A DNA stretch of 41,810 nucleotides from Tubiluchus corallicola (lineage: Eukaryota > Animalia > Priapulida), in NCBI GenBank assembly GCA_030141605.1, contig JAQGDQ010001423.1, positions 1 to 41,810 of the forward strand, written 5' to 3'. Position 1 is the stretch's first letter. Each line of letters opens with the position of its first letter. A program made the position numbers and the translations under genes. The notes under the pieces were generated by a model that searched no databases, was not told the DNA's origin, and saw only the letters and a list, made by a program, of their open reading frames with translations. Positions 12,289 to 23,049 of this stretch are shown piece by piece.

Positions 12289-12797
12289 ACAACTTTTATT
12301 CCTTTTGCAAGAACAGTTACTGTTATAGCAGGATCAATTAACTTCCATATTTAATTGTTTATTGTCTAACTTCTGTAGATCATTTTCAAAGTCTGGACTC
12401 CAATTGTCAATCTCCTCATGCAGTCATACAGGTAATTTTTTGTGCTCTAACTATCTGCCAATTTATTTTACATCAGATCATCAAAAATCGCTCTGTATTT
12501 TTTTTTTTACATTATGCTTGCGTTATAAAGTAAATTTCAGTTGCCATTGTTATTATGTTCCTGATGTCAGATTTTTATTTCAGTTCTTGTTTCAGTCCTT
12601 ATTTCAGTTATCTTCAGTTTGATTTTTTTATTATTATTATTATGCACTTATTATTACTGTGTATGAATTGTACTAACACATTATAAGCATATCATTATCA
12701 ATTTTATGTCATTCCTAACAATTTAATTTTTATTATAAGCAGTACTAACACTAATACACTGTAGCATAGCACCTTTAAAAAATGTTCATCACTAACC

Positions 12798-12842
12798 AAA
12801 GGGCAGCTGACTAGATGACCAATTGGTCTTTCGCTGCCCTTT
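12798..12842 (+). other. LINE 3' UTR stem-loop (likely RT recognition element)
   Basis: Outer stem aaagggcagc/gctgcccttt encloses gacc-aatt-ggtc, ~55 nt before AATAAA. 3' stem-loop recognition is established for L2/CR1-type LINEs. Confidence 0.75.
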
Positions 12843-13555
12843 CTTCACATTTTTGTTGCTAAATTAATTGTATTGTAACTGTGTGTGTTAAAAGATAAAT
12901 AAAAGATTATTATTATTATTATTATTATTATTGAATATAAGACGCTTGAGGCTCAACTATAGACATTCTATGTATTCTTTCAATTGTGAATATAAGCCAT
13001 GGCTCAGCAGTCAAAATCTAACTTTCTTCTGCATTTTGTTTGTGGAATTTTGTTTGTTTCTTTAGCACCGAGACTTGCGTTTGAGGAATGTTATATTACG
13101 ATAAACTATTTGTGGTTTGTTATTGTTTCAAATAAATTTTTTATCCAAATAAAGCGTTGAATTTATCCTAATAAAACGTGCCTATGCTCAACAGGTTACT
13201 GAACACTTTATAATCATGATCACAGTTTTTCTTAGTTCTCCCTCCATTTAATCTTTCATTCACTACCCCCCCCCCCACATTTATGTATATATTATCATTA
13301 TTTCAATTATTAATCACTTTTTTAAGATTTCCACGTACAGTTTGGCCTGTCAAGCTATGCTTTTAGGCTCAAACTGTATGCATCAAAATTATTCTGTAAT
13401 GTAATTTGTACCTGTATATGCTGCATAAGAATCTGTTTTGTAATTTCTGGATTATATTGCATTTATATTTATATTTACTTCGGTAGAAAATTAGCTGTAT
13501 TTTTATTATAACTGTAAGATGCAGTGTGGAAATAAATGTTCCTGTTCCTTTATTA

Positions 13556-13775
13556 GTGTTGCTGAACAATAGACCACATATTATAGATGGTCAAGAGGTA
13601 GAAGTGAAGCGACCTGTTCCTTTATTAGTGTGACAGAAGACTTCGAATATTATGGCAGACTTTTGGATTGTTTTTGACAGCTTATTGTAGATGCTGATCC
13701 TTGTATATTGCGCTTTCAGGAAGCAAGACATGTGGACAGGATCAGGTCTTGTACTGACATTCGTCCACAAGTTCA
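13556..13775 (+). pseudogene. Degenerate RRM (hnRNP A1/Musashi-like) coding fragment
   Basis: Reads LLNNRPHIIDGQEVEVKRPVP (compare hnRNP A1 ARPHKVDGRVVEPKRAV). After a frameshift it reads EDFEYYGRLLDCF* and CILRFQEARHVDRI. Stop codons are present. Confidence 0.5.
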
Positions 13776-14277
13776 ACCAAGCTCAAGCAAAATACAATGG
13801 TATTATTGTTTGGAGATTAAACACTTGTAGAAGCAGTGTGCTCTCTGAATTCAATTTTCGCTGATTTTCTGTCTGACATTTAACCTGATTGTACAAAAAC
13901 TCAGCCATATTATTTACAGTCACTATGTATTGTTGAGACAACTTGGTGTTGCCCAGGTAGTAAGTATTCCATTGATACTGACCTAGGCAAAGTGGGAGAT
14001 TACAGAAGTTTTATGGGAAAAATACTTCAGAACTGAAAAGTTACTGGGAAATATAAATAAAATAAATATAAACGGATAAAATTCTTAAATTTAACATTTT
14101 TGGTACACGTGTGCTAGACTGTTGTCATTTTTACATGTGCGTAAATTAAGCACGTATTGCATGCGCAATTTTTCATCTACTATCTCAGCAAACTTATAAT
14201 TGCCTGTAGTATCAGATCACGCACATTTTCTAGTTTTTGCTCAATTTGATATTTATGTCTGATAATTTATTTTTTAG

Positions 14278-14364
14278 AAAACGCAAGTCTGATGATAGTG
14301 ATCAAAAAATTGCACCAAGTAAACCGAAGGCAGCTAAAATAACACTGATAAGTGCAGCACATAA
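14278..14364 (+). CDS. Candidate internal exon (Lys-rich, product unknown)
   Basis: tttttag acceptor and gtaagt donor; 87 nt; open frame KRKSDDSDQKIAPSKPKAAKITLISAAH. Confidence 0.4.
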
Positions 14365-14487
14365 GTAAGTCTTCGCTAAAACCTAATAAATTACAAAATC
14401 ATGGCCTGTCAGTTCACGAATTGCACAAATATTTATCTACCTTTAATCATTACTAGATGCTTGTGACATTTTCTGCATTTGCTTTAG

Positions 14488-14539
14488 ATTGAGAAGAAGA
14501 TACCAGAAGAACAGAATGTTGAAAGAGGAATCTTCAAAG
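14488..14539 (+). CDS. Candidate exon, phase-compatible with 14278-14364
   Basis: gctttag acceptor; joins in frame to give KLRRRYQKNRMLKEESSK; possible donor gtgaca, or read-through to a TGA near 14587. Confidence 0.3.
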
Positions 14540-14794
14540 GTGACATTTAGTCAGATCAAGATAGTTCAGAGAGAAGGGGATATGTGATAGAAAGGGGCCA
14601 AATTTGTTATATCATGTAAAATAACAATTTCCACTGAGTTTTCTGACAATTTATTTCTTTATTTTTCTTTAATCCTTTTTTGAATAAACTTTTTTTTTAA
14701 ATTCTGACTGTTGTTAGTATATTGGGACATCACGTAATTATGCAATTGTCATTTTTACATGTGCGTAAATTAAGCACGTATTGCATGCGCTTAT

Positions 14795-14877
14795 GTCTCT
14801 CTCTCACTCTCTCTGTTTCTTTCTCTCTCTCTCTCTCTTTGACTCCCTCTTTCTCTCTTCCTCTCTCCCTCTTTCTT

Positions 14878-14925
<48 letters not shown>

Positions 14926-14998
14926 ACTCTCTCACTCTCTCACTCACCCACTCCCACACCCACTCCCACACCCACACCCACTCCCACACTCACTCCCT
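14795..14998. repeat. (CT)n microsatellite followed by (CCCACA/CCCACT)n
   Basis: Direct reading. Confidence 0.93.
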
Positions 14999-15201
14999 CA
15001 ATGTCCTGTACAATGTTCGCTCTGTAAATTGAACTAATAATCCTGACACTTATCTATAAAGGCAAAAATAATTTGCAAACGTGTTTTATTGTGACAGGAT
15101 GTTACAAGCAAGGAAATACAGCCAATATACTGCTGGCTTTCGTCGCAGTCTGCCGTTTTCGTATTCGCAAACTATTTCGATAAACAAGTACGTGCCTTTA
15201 A

Positions 15202-15660
15202 CCCTTTCATACCCATTGTATCCCGTGGGATACGAGAATATTTTCTGCCTTTAAAATTAATAAAATTTTAAAACTGACATTTATTTGATCTGTTAATAGT
15301 TATTTTGATTTAAACCAGTAACAATAGACTAAAAATGGTGATAAAATGGCAAACTAGAAAATCTACATAGCATAAAAAACTGCGCAAGGTACAGTACTTT
15401 AGAGACGACTTTGTACAGATCAGCATAGCAGGCATACTAAATGTCTTAAATACTTTAAAAAATTATCAGCAGTTGCAAAATGAAGCACATTTTATGCTTC
15501 CATTGAATCCCAATGTATCCCGTGGGATACAGGCTATATTTAGCACACAGGTACAGGTAGAAAAAACAATTATTATGTGTAAACAAGATGGACATACTGA
15601 ACAAAAGTACCAAGCCAAAAATTTTTTTCTTATTAAAAAAATAATTTGGGACTGAAAGGG
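15202..15660. mobile_element. Non-autonomous piggyBac-type element (MITE)
   Basis: TTAA at 15198-15201 and 15661-15664; ends ccctttcataccca and tgggactgaaaggg; near-palindrome gtatcccgtgggatac occurs twice inside (~15218 and ~15515). Confidence 0.85.
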
Positions 15661-15921
15661 TTAACTATTCTGTTATTATGTCAACTACACGTCAACGAAT
15701 AAGAAGCCCCAGTTTGCAACACTGTGGTTTGCAATTGTGTGCATTGTGTAAGGTGAGAAAACGAAGAAAAATGCAAGAATTCTGTTTATTTGTGCTAAAG
15801 CACCTTTGTGCCTTTTAGTCAGTGTGCTCTCAATTAACTGAATTACTGTTCAGTCGCCGATTATGTCGATTTATACAGGGTTGTGTTATCGATTAATCTA
15901 TTAATTGCCCATTACTATGTA

Positions 15922-16329
15922 CAGTCTAACCTCGTTATCTCGCCCCTCGTTATGTCGCCAAACAGACAAACTCAGAGGTGAATCGATCAATACATATACC
16001 GTGTCGATCAATATAACCGCGGTATGTAGACAATGCTGCTGTACTCGATAGACAGACATAATTAATCTAGTGTGTGTCTCACCAGGATTAGATTAGGAGT
16101 GCTGTGGTTGGTTAATGCGCAGAGAAACTAAAGCGTCTCCGATATCCTTACTCTATACCACCAAAGCTGCGAAATATATTTTATATGTACATAGAGGAAC
16201 ACTATGTTAATCAATTATTATGTATATACATATAGACTAACTTCGTTATATTTCCGTTATCTCGCCATACTCGCCTCTCGCCAAAAATTTGCCCTTGACG
16301 GACAGTGGCGAGATAACGAGACTAGACTG
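15922..16329. mobile_element. Tc1/mariner-pogo-type MITE
   Basis: TA TSD on both sides; TIRs cagtctaacctcgttatctcgcc and ggcgagataacgagactagactg; internal repeats of cgttatctcgcc. Confidence 0.9.
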
Positions 16330-16549
16330 TATGACAGTAGGTCCAAATAGATGAAAGCAACATTCGACCCTGCCAGTTTTCATGAGAATTCAAAACTTCA
16401 ATTATTAAAATATTTTCACAAAAAACCGTAGCATTATTTATTTAAAGGAAAGGACGAGTCAGTTACCAAAGTCGGATTTATTTTACTGTTATCGCTTAAG
16501 CTCAGAAAAATATCAGAAAAGAAATTTTAAACAAAAACTGCCTATAAAG

Positions 16550-17049
16550 CAGGGGTGTGCAAATTACCTGACTAGCCGGGCCACATTAAACGTTCCCGCA
16601 ATTCCTGCGGGCCACAGGCAGTTTGATCAAGGATCCAAGTACAGAAAGGCCTAATAGCGATTTTTTTGCATCCGACCTGCGTACATCATTACTACTGCAC
16701 TTAAGAAACTATTTTAGAAGTTATTAAAATTTATATTACAAACCATATGTTTCTACTTTCAGGACAGATAGTGGTAATTTCATTACAATGCATATTAGTA
16801 ATGTGTATCACACAGTCTGTGTAGTACAGTGACATTAAGCTACAACCGTCTTGTAAGGATTAATGGCATCCGATCTAGTAGAAAAAACTACCCGCACTAT
16901 CTTTGGGATCGTGGCACGGACTACAGCTGGACACACTCAATTAATCACCCGGGCCGCACTTTCATTAGGTTGACAAATCTCTTTGCCGGCCGCACAAATT
17001 CTTTCGGCGGGCCACAAGTGGCCCGCGGGCCTCAATTTGCACACCCCTG
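16550..17049. mobile_element. hAT (Charlie-like) MITE, 500 bp
   Basis: Perfect 16-bp TIR caggggtgtgcaaatt/aatttgcacacccctg; exact 8-bp TSD ctataaag (16542-16549 and 17050-17057); subterminal gcgggcc motifs. Confidence 0.95.
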
Positions 17050-17835
17050 CTATAAAGCATAGAGTTAATTTATACTACCGCTGTATAGAAATTTTCAGCC
17101 ATGGTGGCTATGAACAACGTCATTGGTGGAAGAGTGGGCGTTTAAAATGGGAACACCCAAGCATGAAACGGTTCTTACTTTAAAGTGATTTTACTAGTTA
17201 CGTGAGACGCTTATTGCACTTTTATTATTAAATCTTTCTAACATTTTTTGCGAACATTGAAATAAGCCTAACTTTCCAGAAGGCTTGACCTTTCCTTTAA
17301 AGGTGTCCTAATATTTGACTGAAAAAACATTCCAAATAATAAAGAAAATGATGGTGAAGAGAAAGACTATTCTCTTTTTGGTAAATTTTATATATGCTGG
17401 TACATTCGACTAACATAATTGTCATGTCAAAGCCTCTGTATAAAAGCCCTAAAAGCTGGTAACGGTTGGATAGCCCATTCAATGGTGGGTGTACTAGGCA
17501 TATTTAGTATTTGCAGGAGAGCCGTGGTTTCCCATAGGGCATTTTCCTGGATCCAACTCTCGATTTTTTGAAAATTTTCACAGCATCGGGTAGAAGAAGG
17601 ATTTGTAGTTCTGTGGAAAGGGGAGGAATTATACCGCATGACGACGTGGCCTCCACCAGGCCATTCTCGCAAAGCCATTGTTCTAACATCGTTCCATTGG
17701 ACTCTGCCTATAATTTTATTTCATAAAAAGCTGCTGGTGGCTTTGCATTAAGTAATTAATGAACGAACACCATGTAGGATGCTTGTGCATTATTGAATAT
17801 AAGTTGATTTAATATGCAAATTTTTTTGTTTTTAG

Positions 17836-17990
17836 TCGTTCACATTCTGTCTTCTCGGTGACAAGTCTCATTAAAGAAAGTACGCCAGACGGAGAAGTAA
17901 TGAAGACTGGAAAACTAAACTTAGTTGATCTGGCAGGTAGCGAGAACATAGGACGTTCTGGAGCCATTGATAAGCGAGCACGAGAAGCTG
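17836..17990 (+). CDS. KIF11: Kinesin-5 (Eg5/KIF11/BimC) motor-domain exon spanning switch I to switch II; possibly a pseudo-exon
   Basis: tttttag acceptor and gtatgc donor. Translates as (S)[51 protein letters not shown](G); [21 protein letters not shown] is the kinesin-5 signature. Confidence 0.88.
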
Positions 17991-18001
17991 GTATGCCAAA
18001 G

Positions 18002-18318
18002 TTAAGACAAAACTGGACGATTGATTAAATTCAATCTCATTTTAATTTACTGACCAAAATATACATTTTCTTGCCTATAAAAGTCACCAATTGTTTCTAA
18101 TATTTGAACTAACTAACTAACTGCAGTTTATGCAATGGTAGGCATCTTCCCTGTGCGTCAACCACGTTTGCATCAGCGAATATTGCTATAAAATGCTGAT
18201 GTGATGTCACGAAAATGAGCTCTATGTCACAGTTCGTGATCATGCTTATCACGGTGCCGCTCCTTTTTGCCAGCCACGCGAATGTGACAAAAAGGCACCA
18301 TTTGCTAGTCTTAGTGAA
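18002..18318 (+). repeat. Dispersed repeat (inverted copy at ~38485-38871)
   Basis: tcaatctcattttaatttactg...gtgacaaaaaggc matches the reverse complement of gcctttttgtcac...cagtaaatgaaaatgagattga. Confidence 0.85.
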
Positions 18319-18319
18319 T

Positions 18320-18397
18320 TTTAATATGCAAAATTTTTTGTTTTTAGTCGTTTACATTCTGTCTTCTCCGTGACAATTCGCATTAAAGAAAGTACGC
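18320..18397 (+). pseudogene. Partial duplicate of the kinesin-5 acceptor and exon 5' end
   Basis: 78-bp copy of 17808-17885 (tttaatatgcaaa...ttag tcg...attaaagaaagtacgc); reads RLHSVFSVTIRIKEST and then diverges. Confidence 0.88.
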
Positions 18398-18617
18398 TAT
18401 TTTCGTCCAAGAAGTCATGGGTAACTTGAATATGATTTAATATATTTTTGGTTAAAACGTTTTAGACATAAATAATCTATGGCTATATATTAATAATTAT
18501 AATTGTCCTATAATAATGTTTAGGACACTAATAGTCCAATGATAACAGCTTATTTTCAAATTAGTCTTGATAGAACCCGGTTGGCAGAACGAGCGGTAAT
18601 TAAAACTTTACTCTTAC

Positions 18618-18683
18618 GTGTCAGGAATTGAACCCGCGACCTCCAGGGTGGGAAACGAACACATTACATTTGAGCTAACCCCC
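18618..18683 (-). mobile_element. tRNA-derived SINE head / tRNA pseudogene
   Basis: Minus strand reads ggggttagctcaaatgtaatgtgttcgtttcccaccctggaggtcgcgggttcaattcctgacac, with A box tagctcaa, variable-loop aggtc and B box ggttcaattcc; stems are degenerate. Confidence 0.7.
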
Positions 18684-18801
18684 GAAACTTTTGCTCTTGA
18701 ATAACGCATAGATATTTGCTTTTTCTTTTCAGTTAGATGTGCAGTTAGATGGATAAAATAGTTAACCTGTGAGGATAAAGAAATTATTGTACTTTTTATA
18801 G

Positions 18802-18955
18802 CACGTACTGTGCGTGTCTTGTTAGAAGACAAAGGAGCCAGACGAATAAAGGCAGAATCCGACTAAAGAGGAGCTCGTTACCGGCATGTACCACCCCAGA
18901 TGAGCCAGTTGTGAGTAAGCCAAGTACGAGTCAGCTAAGGCCGGCTGGACCTCAG
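18802..18955 (+). CDS. Candidate exon of unknown product
   Basis: tttttatag acceptor, cag|gttagt donor, locally GC-richer; open frame TYCACLVRRQRSQTNKGRIRLKRSSLPACTTPDEPVVSKPSTSQLRPAGPQ. Confidence 0.3.
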
Positions 18956-19049
18956 GTTAGTTCCATTTTTTTTTTCTAATTTTTTTTGTACTTCATGAGA
19001 TCTTGCTAATTTTTAGAAACCGCACTTTGTGTTTGAATGTAGTTTCCAT

Positions 19050-19452
19050 TAGGGGCGAGCATTCTCTACCAGAAAGCGAATTCGAATCGAACCGAATTTG
19101 TGACTTTCGAATTCGAATCGAATCGAACTTCAGTGTTTCGAATTCGAACCGAATTCGAATTGAGATTGAACGATTTTCGAACAAGTTTTCGAACCACCAG
19201 TGAAAATTAGTCTTACAAAGATCATGCATATCACTAGATTTTGTTCTGCAATAAAACGACTGGTAATTTGTTTAAAATTGTGCACAGAAATCACTGCTAA
19301 ATTATGCTAATTGCATGATGTTTCAATCGTTTTAGTGATCAGGAACATATGTGATTGAAGTGCTAAATTATTCGAATCTATACTTTTGGATTCGAATCGA
19401 GTTCGAACTAAAAAAAACTCGTTCGAACTCGAACGTTCGATGCTCACCCCTA
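19050..19452. mobile_element. hAT (Ac/Tip100-like) MITE with TTCGAA-rich subterminal repeats
   Basis: TIR taggggcgagcat/atgctcaccccta; exact 8-bp TSD gtttccat (19042-19049 and 19453-19460). Confidence 0.93.
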
Positions 19453-19550
19453 GTTTCCATGAATACAACAAATTTAAATACAGACCCACACAGTATGGCA
19501 AATTTTGTAGAGACGAATACTTGTATAAATCATTTCTACTGGCTACTACC

Positions 19551-19750
19551 GGTGAGCATTCTCTACTAGAAAGCGAATTCGAATCGAGCCGAATTCAAAT
19601 TTGAATTAAGATATTTCAAGATTTCGAACCGGAAATGATTCCCGTTTTAAAGATTTTCGAATAAAAATCGATCTCACAGATAATACATATTACCTGATTT
19701 TCTTCTACAGTAAAAACACCAATAATCTCTTAAAAAAATTTGCACAGAAA
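19551..19750 (+). mobile_element. Truncated second copy of the 19050-19452 MITE
   Basis: gagcattctctactagaaagcgaattcgaatcga and tgcacagaaat are shared with the adjacent full copy. Confidence 0.8.
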
Positions 19751-19998
19751 TTGAGTTGTAAAGTGTACTAGTTGTAAAGTGTACAAAATCAGGAACTTTG
19801 ATGAAGAATTGCTACTGATATTGAAAATGTTAGAACAATAATACGCCTGTAATGTTTTTTACATAGTCAAGAACTCGTAACACATAAGGGATTAATTTTT
19901 TTTATCCTTCCACTTGTTGACTTAATTAATTGATGCAGTAACAATTGTAATTATATTTACACCATTAGGCTACGATCTTTATGCTTTAAAAACCGCGC

Positions 19999-20430
19999 CA
20001 GGGGCAGAACTAGGGGGAGCGAGGGAGAGGGGGGCGCACCCCTTGTCAAAATTTGCGCCCTCCCCTGCAAAATGGGACAAATAATTTTTTTGCAGTGAAA
20101 ATTGCAGTTCGCATGTAATCATTTTCAATATGAATTAGAATTAGGTAAAAAAATGTTTGGTAGCTTCAGTGGATTATTTTCCTAAAACTTGTGTGTGATA
20201 AATTTGTGTAAATAACAATTTAGTTAGAGGCACATTAATAACGTTAGGTTAACTGAGAGTTAATTTTCTCATTATTGCTCTGTCCGCTACGCCGTCTTAC
20301 ACATGCTAATTATAGGCCTGCATGCAGTATAAAAGGGGTTAAAATGGGCTTAACCATTATTTAACCACTTCGGATACCTCGGCCTCCCAGAAAATTTTTG
20401 CACCCCCCCCCACATCTAGCTCCGCCCCTG
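19999..20430. mobile_element. hAT-type MITE
   Basis: TIR caggggcagaactag/ctagctccgcccctg; 8-bp TSD aaccgcgc/aaccgtgc (one mismatch). Confidence 0.9.
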
Positions 20431-20859
20431 AACCGTGCACATTAAAACTGATACGATACTTCTTCTTTTATTTGAATAAAATGTAGTAACACAGCTTCGA
20501 ATGTTACAAAAACTGCTAAACTGTACTTTTGTTAAAATAACTGAAGAATTGTATTATTTAATTTGGTTATTGCTGGTTCTAACATCCGTAGAGAAGTTGC
20601 ATAGGAATCTTATTTTATTTTTCCTTAGTAGTGATTGTAAATGTAATTAACTGGATACGTCAGGTTTATTAGTTAAGTTAAAGGAAAAGCATACTCGAAA
20701 TTTTGTAAACCTGAACATCCACGTGTGCACACAAATGATTATGAAAATAAATTTTTTTTACGCGTTGAGGTTAAATGCAGGCGGTTGGAGTCAACTGCCA
20801 CCATTGTTTCTGGAATAATTAGCGTTTTCTAAAAGCCAGGACGCTTTTATTTCAGAAAG

Positions 20860-21147
20860 GTGGGGGGGGGTAGTGTAGCGGGTCGCAGAATTAAACCGTC
20901 ACGGGTTTCGTGAAAATGTAGTGTATTGAATGTAAAATTGCGTGGGCCAATCAGAGCTCGGTTTTCTAGGCCAATTTTCTCGAGCGTGCAACCTGTTCTC
21001 GTAGATTCGAGGGCAGTGGGTTCTCGGCCATGTTCGGCTTCGGGTTTCATTTTGTTTTTCTCTTCTTGGTTGCTGTTATTAAGTCAGTCGTGATTCAGTA
21101 ACTTTTGGTTTAACCCTTTGGTTTGCATTTCGACTCAACGCGTAAGT
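20860..21147 (+). promoter_or_regulatory. CpG-richer promoter-like region with candidate first-exon donor
   Basis: CCAAT at 20947 and 20971, more CpG than the flanks, gtaagt donor at 21142. Could instead be TE-derived. Confidence 0.3.
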
Positions 21148-22455
21148 GTCAGCTATAAACTGTTGCTAAGTGTTTCATTTTACTGTTTTTCTTTCTTTTC
21201 TTTTTTTATAATTTTCTTTAGTTAATTATGTATCCTTGCCATCATAGATGGCGTCACAATATTATAAACAAATTAATTAAACCATTTAGTACAGATTGTG
21301 TTTTGTCTTACGCAACTAATATTTTTAAATCTCTTTATAGTTTTTATAAATATTCAACAGTACTGTAAGCCTGCACGTATTGAACACTTTCAGTGCCAGG
21401 TTTGTCTAGTGCATATGTGCATTGTGCTTGTACATGCATATATAATTATGTAAATATTTTTGCTGGAATCATTTGTAATTTTTATATAAGCTTTTACAGC
21501 TATGTGGTTAAAGTGGTTTTTGAATCATGCTCTATTCTTTAAGTTAAAATAAATGGAAAATCGCAGAAATGTTGTGATAAACATCATATTTTTATCTTTT
21601 TGCAAATGCCAAGTGTGTGGACATTCGACAAGTATATAAAAAAGGGAGGCGTTTCTTTGAAGACTGTTCTAAAAAGGGCTATTTGGTCCCAGCTAGAGCT
21701 CAATACTTTCTACTTTTTGTTCCTCTTCTGCATCAAAAGGGCTCCGTGCATTTTCCTGTTTAAGTTGTTTCAATTGTTCTATGTCAAGGTGATTAAGATC
21801 TGTTGACTCTGGCATAATTCTGCTGTATATATATGAGTAAATGAATATTTTGCTGCCCTCTGTTAAAGGCTTTCTACATTAACTGTAATTCTTTTTCGTA
21901 TGTGCCTAGCTGACATTGTTTCGATGTTTGATCCGCAAAAGTTTTATGCATAATTTGAAAAAACTAAAACTCGAAACGCTTATAGTCAAAATTTAATGCA
22001 TTGTGATGCCATGTTGTGCTGCCATCTGTTGAGTACTTTATACATTAACCTGGCTGTTTTTTCAGTTGATTATTAGCTTTGGATAATTATTGTTTGGATA
22101 ATTAAATTTTTAACTTGCAAAAGCTTTTCAACCATAATTTGACAAGCAGTCAAACTTGTAATGCCTGTAAAATTTACCTGCAAGGACTAATACAGAGAAA
22201 CTAATACAAAACTAAACAGCCTTGTGTTTGTAGGGCAGTGGTAAGTGTGCTCCAGTGGTAATTCCTAATGGGCGGGGAGGAGAAGTCACCCTCTTCCTCC
22301 TTCTCTGACTAGTAGTTTCACACAAGAAACTTTTTTGTTACCCATTACCCAAACGTGTAACAGTAATTTTCATCTCACTATGTCAGCATGCCGCAGTATC
22401 CATGTTTTTTCTGCGAACAATTGTAGCATTTTGATCTTTTTTCATTTTTATATAG

Positions 22456-22694
22456 GAAAACGTGCAATGGTGTGTGTTAATGGTGCGACATCATCATGTA
22501 TTTTATGCAACATTCACAACAATTACTGAGAACATCAGATGTGCAGCACAGTGAGTGGAATCATGAAATTCTGCACAGTATATGGAATGCAAGGAGTGGC
22601 AACACTGGATTGTTTTGCTTAACACAAGATCAGATGTCCAAAGCAATGTTTTCTACAACAAATGGAGACATTAGATGCCTAATGCAACAACAAG
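22456..22694 (+). pseudogene. Decayed PHD-finger-like exon
   Basis: tatag acceptor; pieces YMECKEWQH, DCF, CLTQDQMSKAM, KWR and IRC lie in different frames and fit the PHD CxxCxxWxHxxC...WxCxxC pattern only after frameshifts. Confidence 0.3.
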
Positions 22695-23049
22695 GTTTTT
22701 TACATTACTGTTATATTTTATTGTGTGTTGTGTCATAGAAAAAGCCATTACAATTATCCTCATAGTATGCTTTATATGAAACACTTGTTTCTGATACAAT
22801 GTAATATTCTTAAATTGATGCTTTAACAATCAGCATCCCTTGCCATATTCTGCATCATCAATTGATGCTTTACCATTCAGCATCCCTGGCCCTATTCTGC
22901 ATCATCATTTCTATTCAGGTTCAGTTTGATGATTGTCTAATGTGTCTGTGCGATGGACACTCCACTTAATTCTGTTCAGTATCTAAATGAGTTTGTTGTT
23001 TATCAAGACGAATCAAGTTATGCAGTGGAGACACCTGGTAGTTAGTCGC

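Larger units (their letters stand above)
8301..12932 (+). mobile_element. Non-LTR retrotransposon, CR1/L2 group (Crack/Daphne/CR1-like), 5'-truncated
   Basis: ORF1 + ORF2 (APE-RT), ~620 bp 3' UTR with stem-loop at 12798-12842, AATAAA at 12898 and (ATT)n tail at 12906-12932. No clear TSD. Confidence 0.93.

Noticed and set aside
14722-15032. SL/PT/RE-rich ORFs
   Set aside because: These are translations of (CT)n and hexamer microsatellites.
18618-18683. Functional tRNA gene
   Set aside because: The D loop lacks the invariant GG and the acceptor and anticodon stems pair poorly; it fits a SINE head or pseudogene better.
17836-18955. Splicing the kinesin exon to the 18802-18955 candidate exon
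   Set aside because: The phases are incompatible with the open frame and the peptide does not continue the kinesin motor (NINQSL expected).
18993-19604. Short ORFs rich in S/N/R/I/E/F
   Set aside because: They derive from the TTCGAA subterminal repeats of the hAT MITE.
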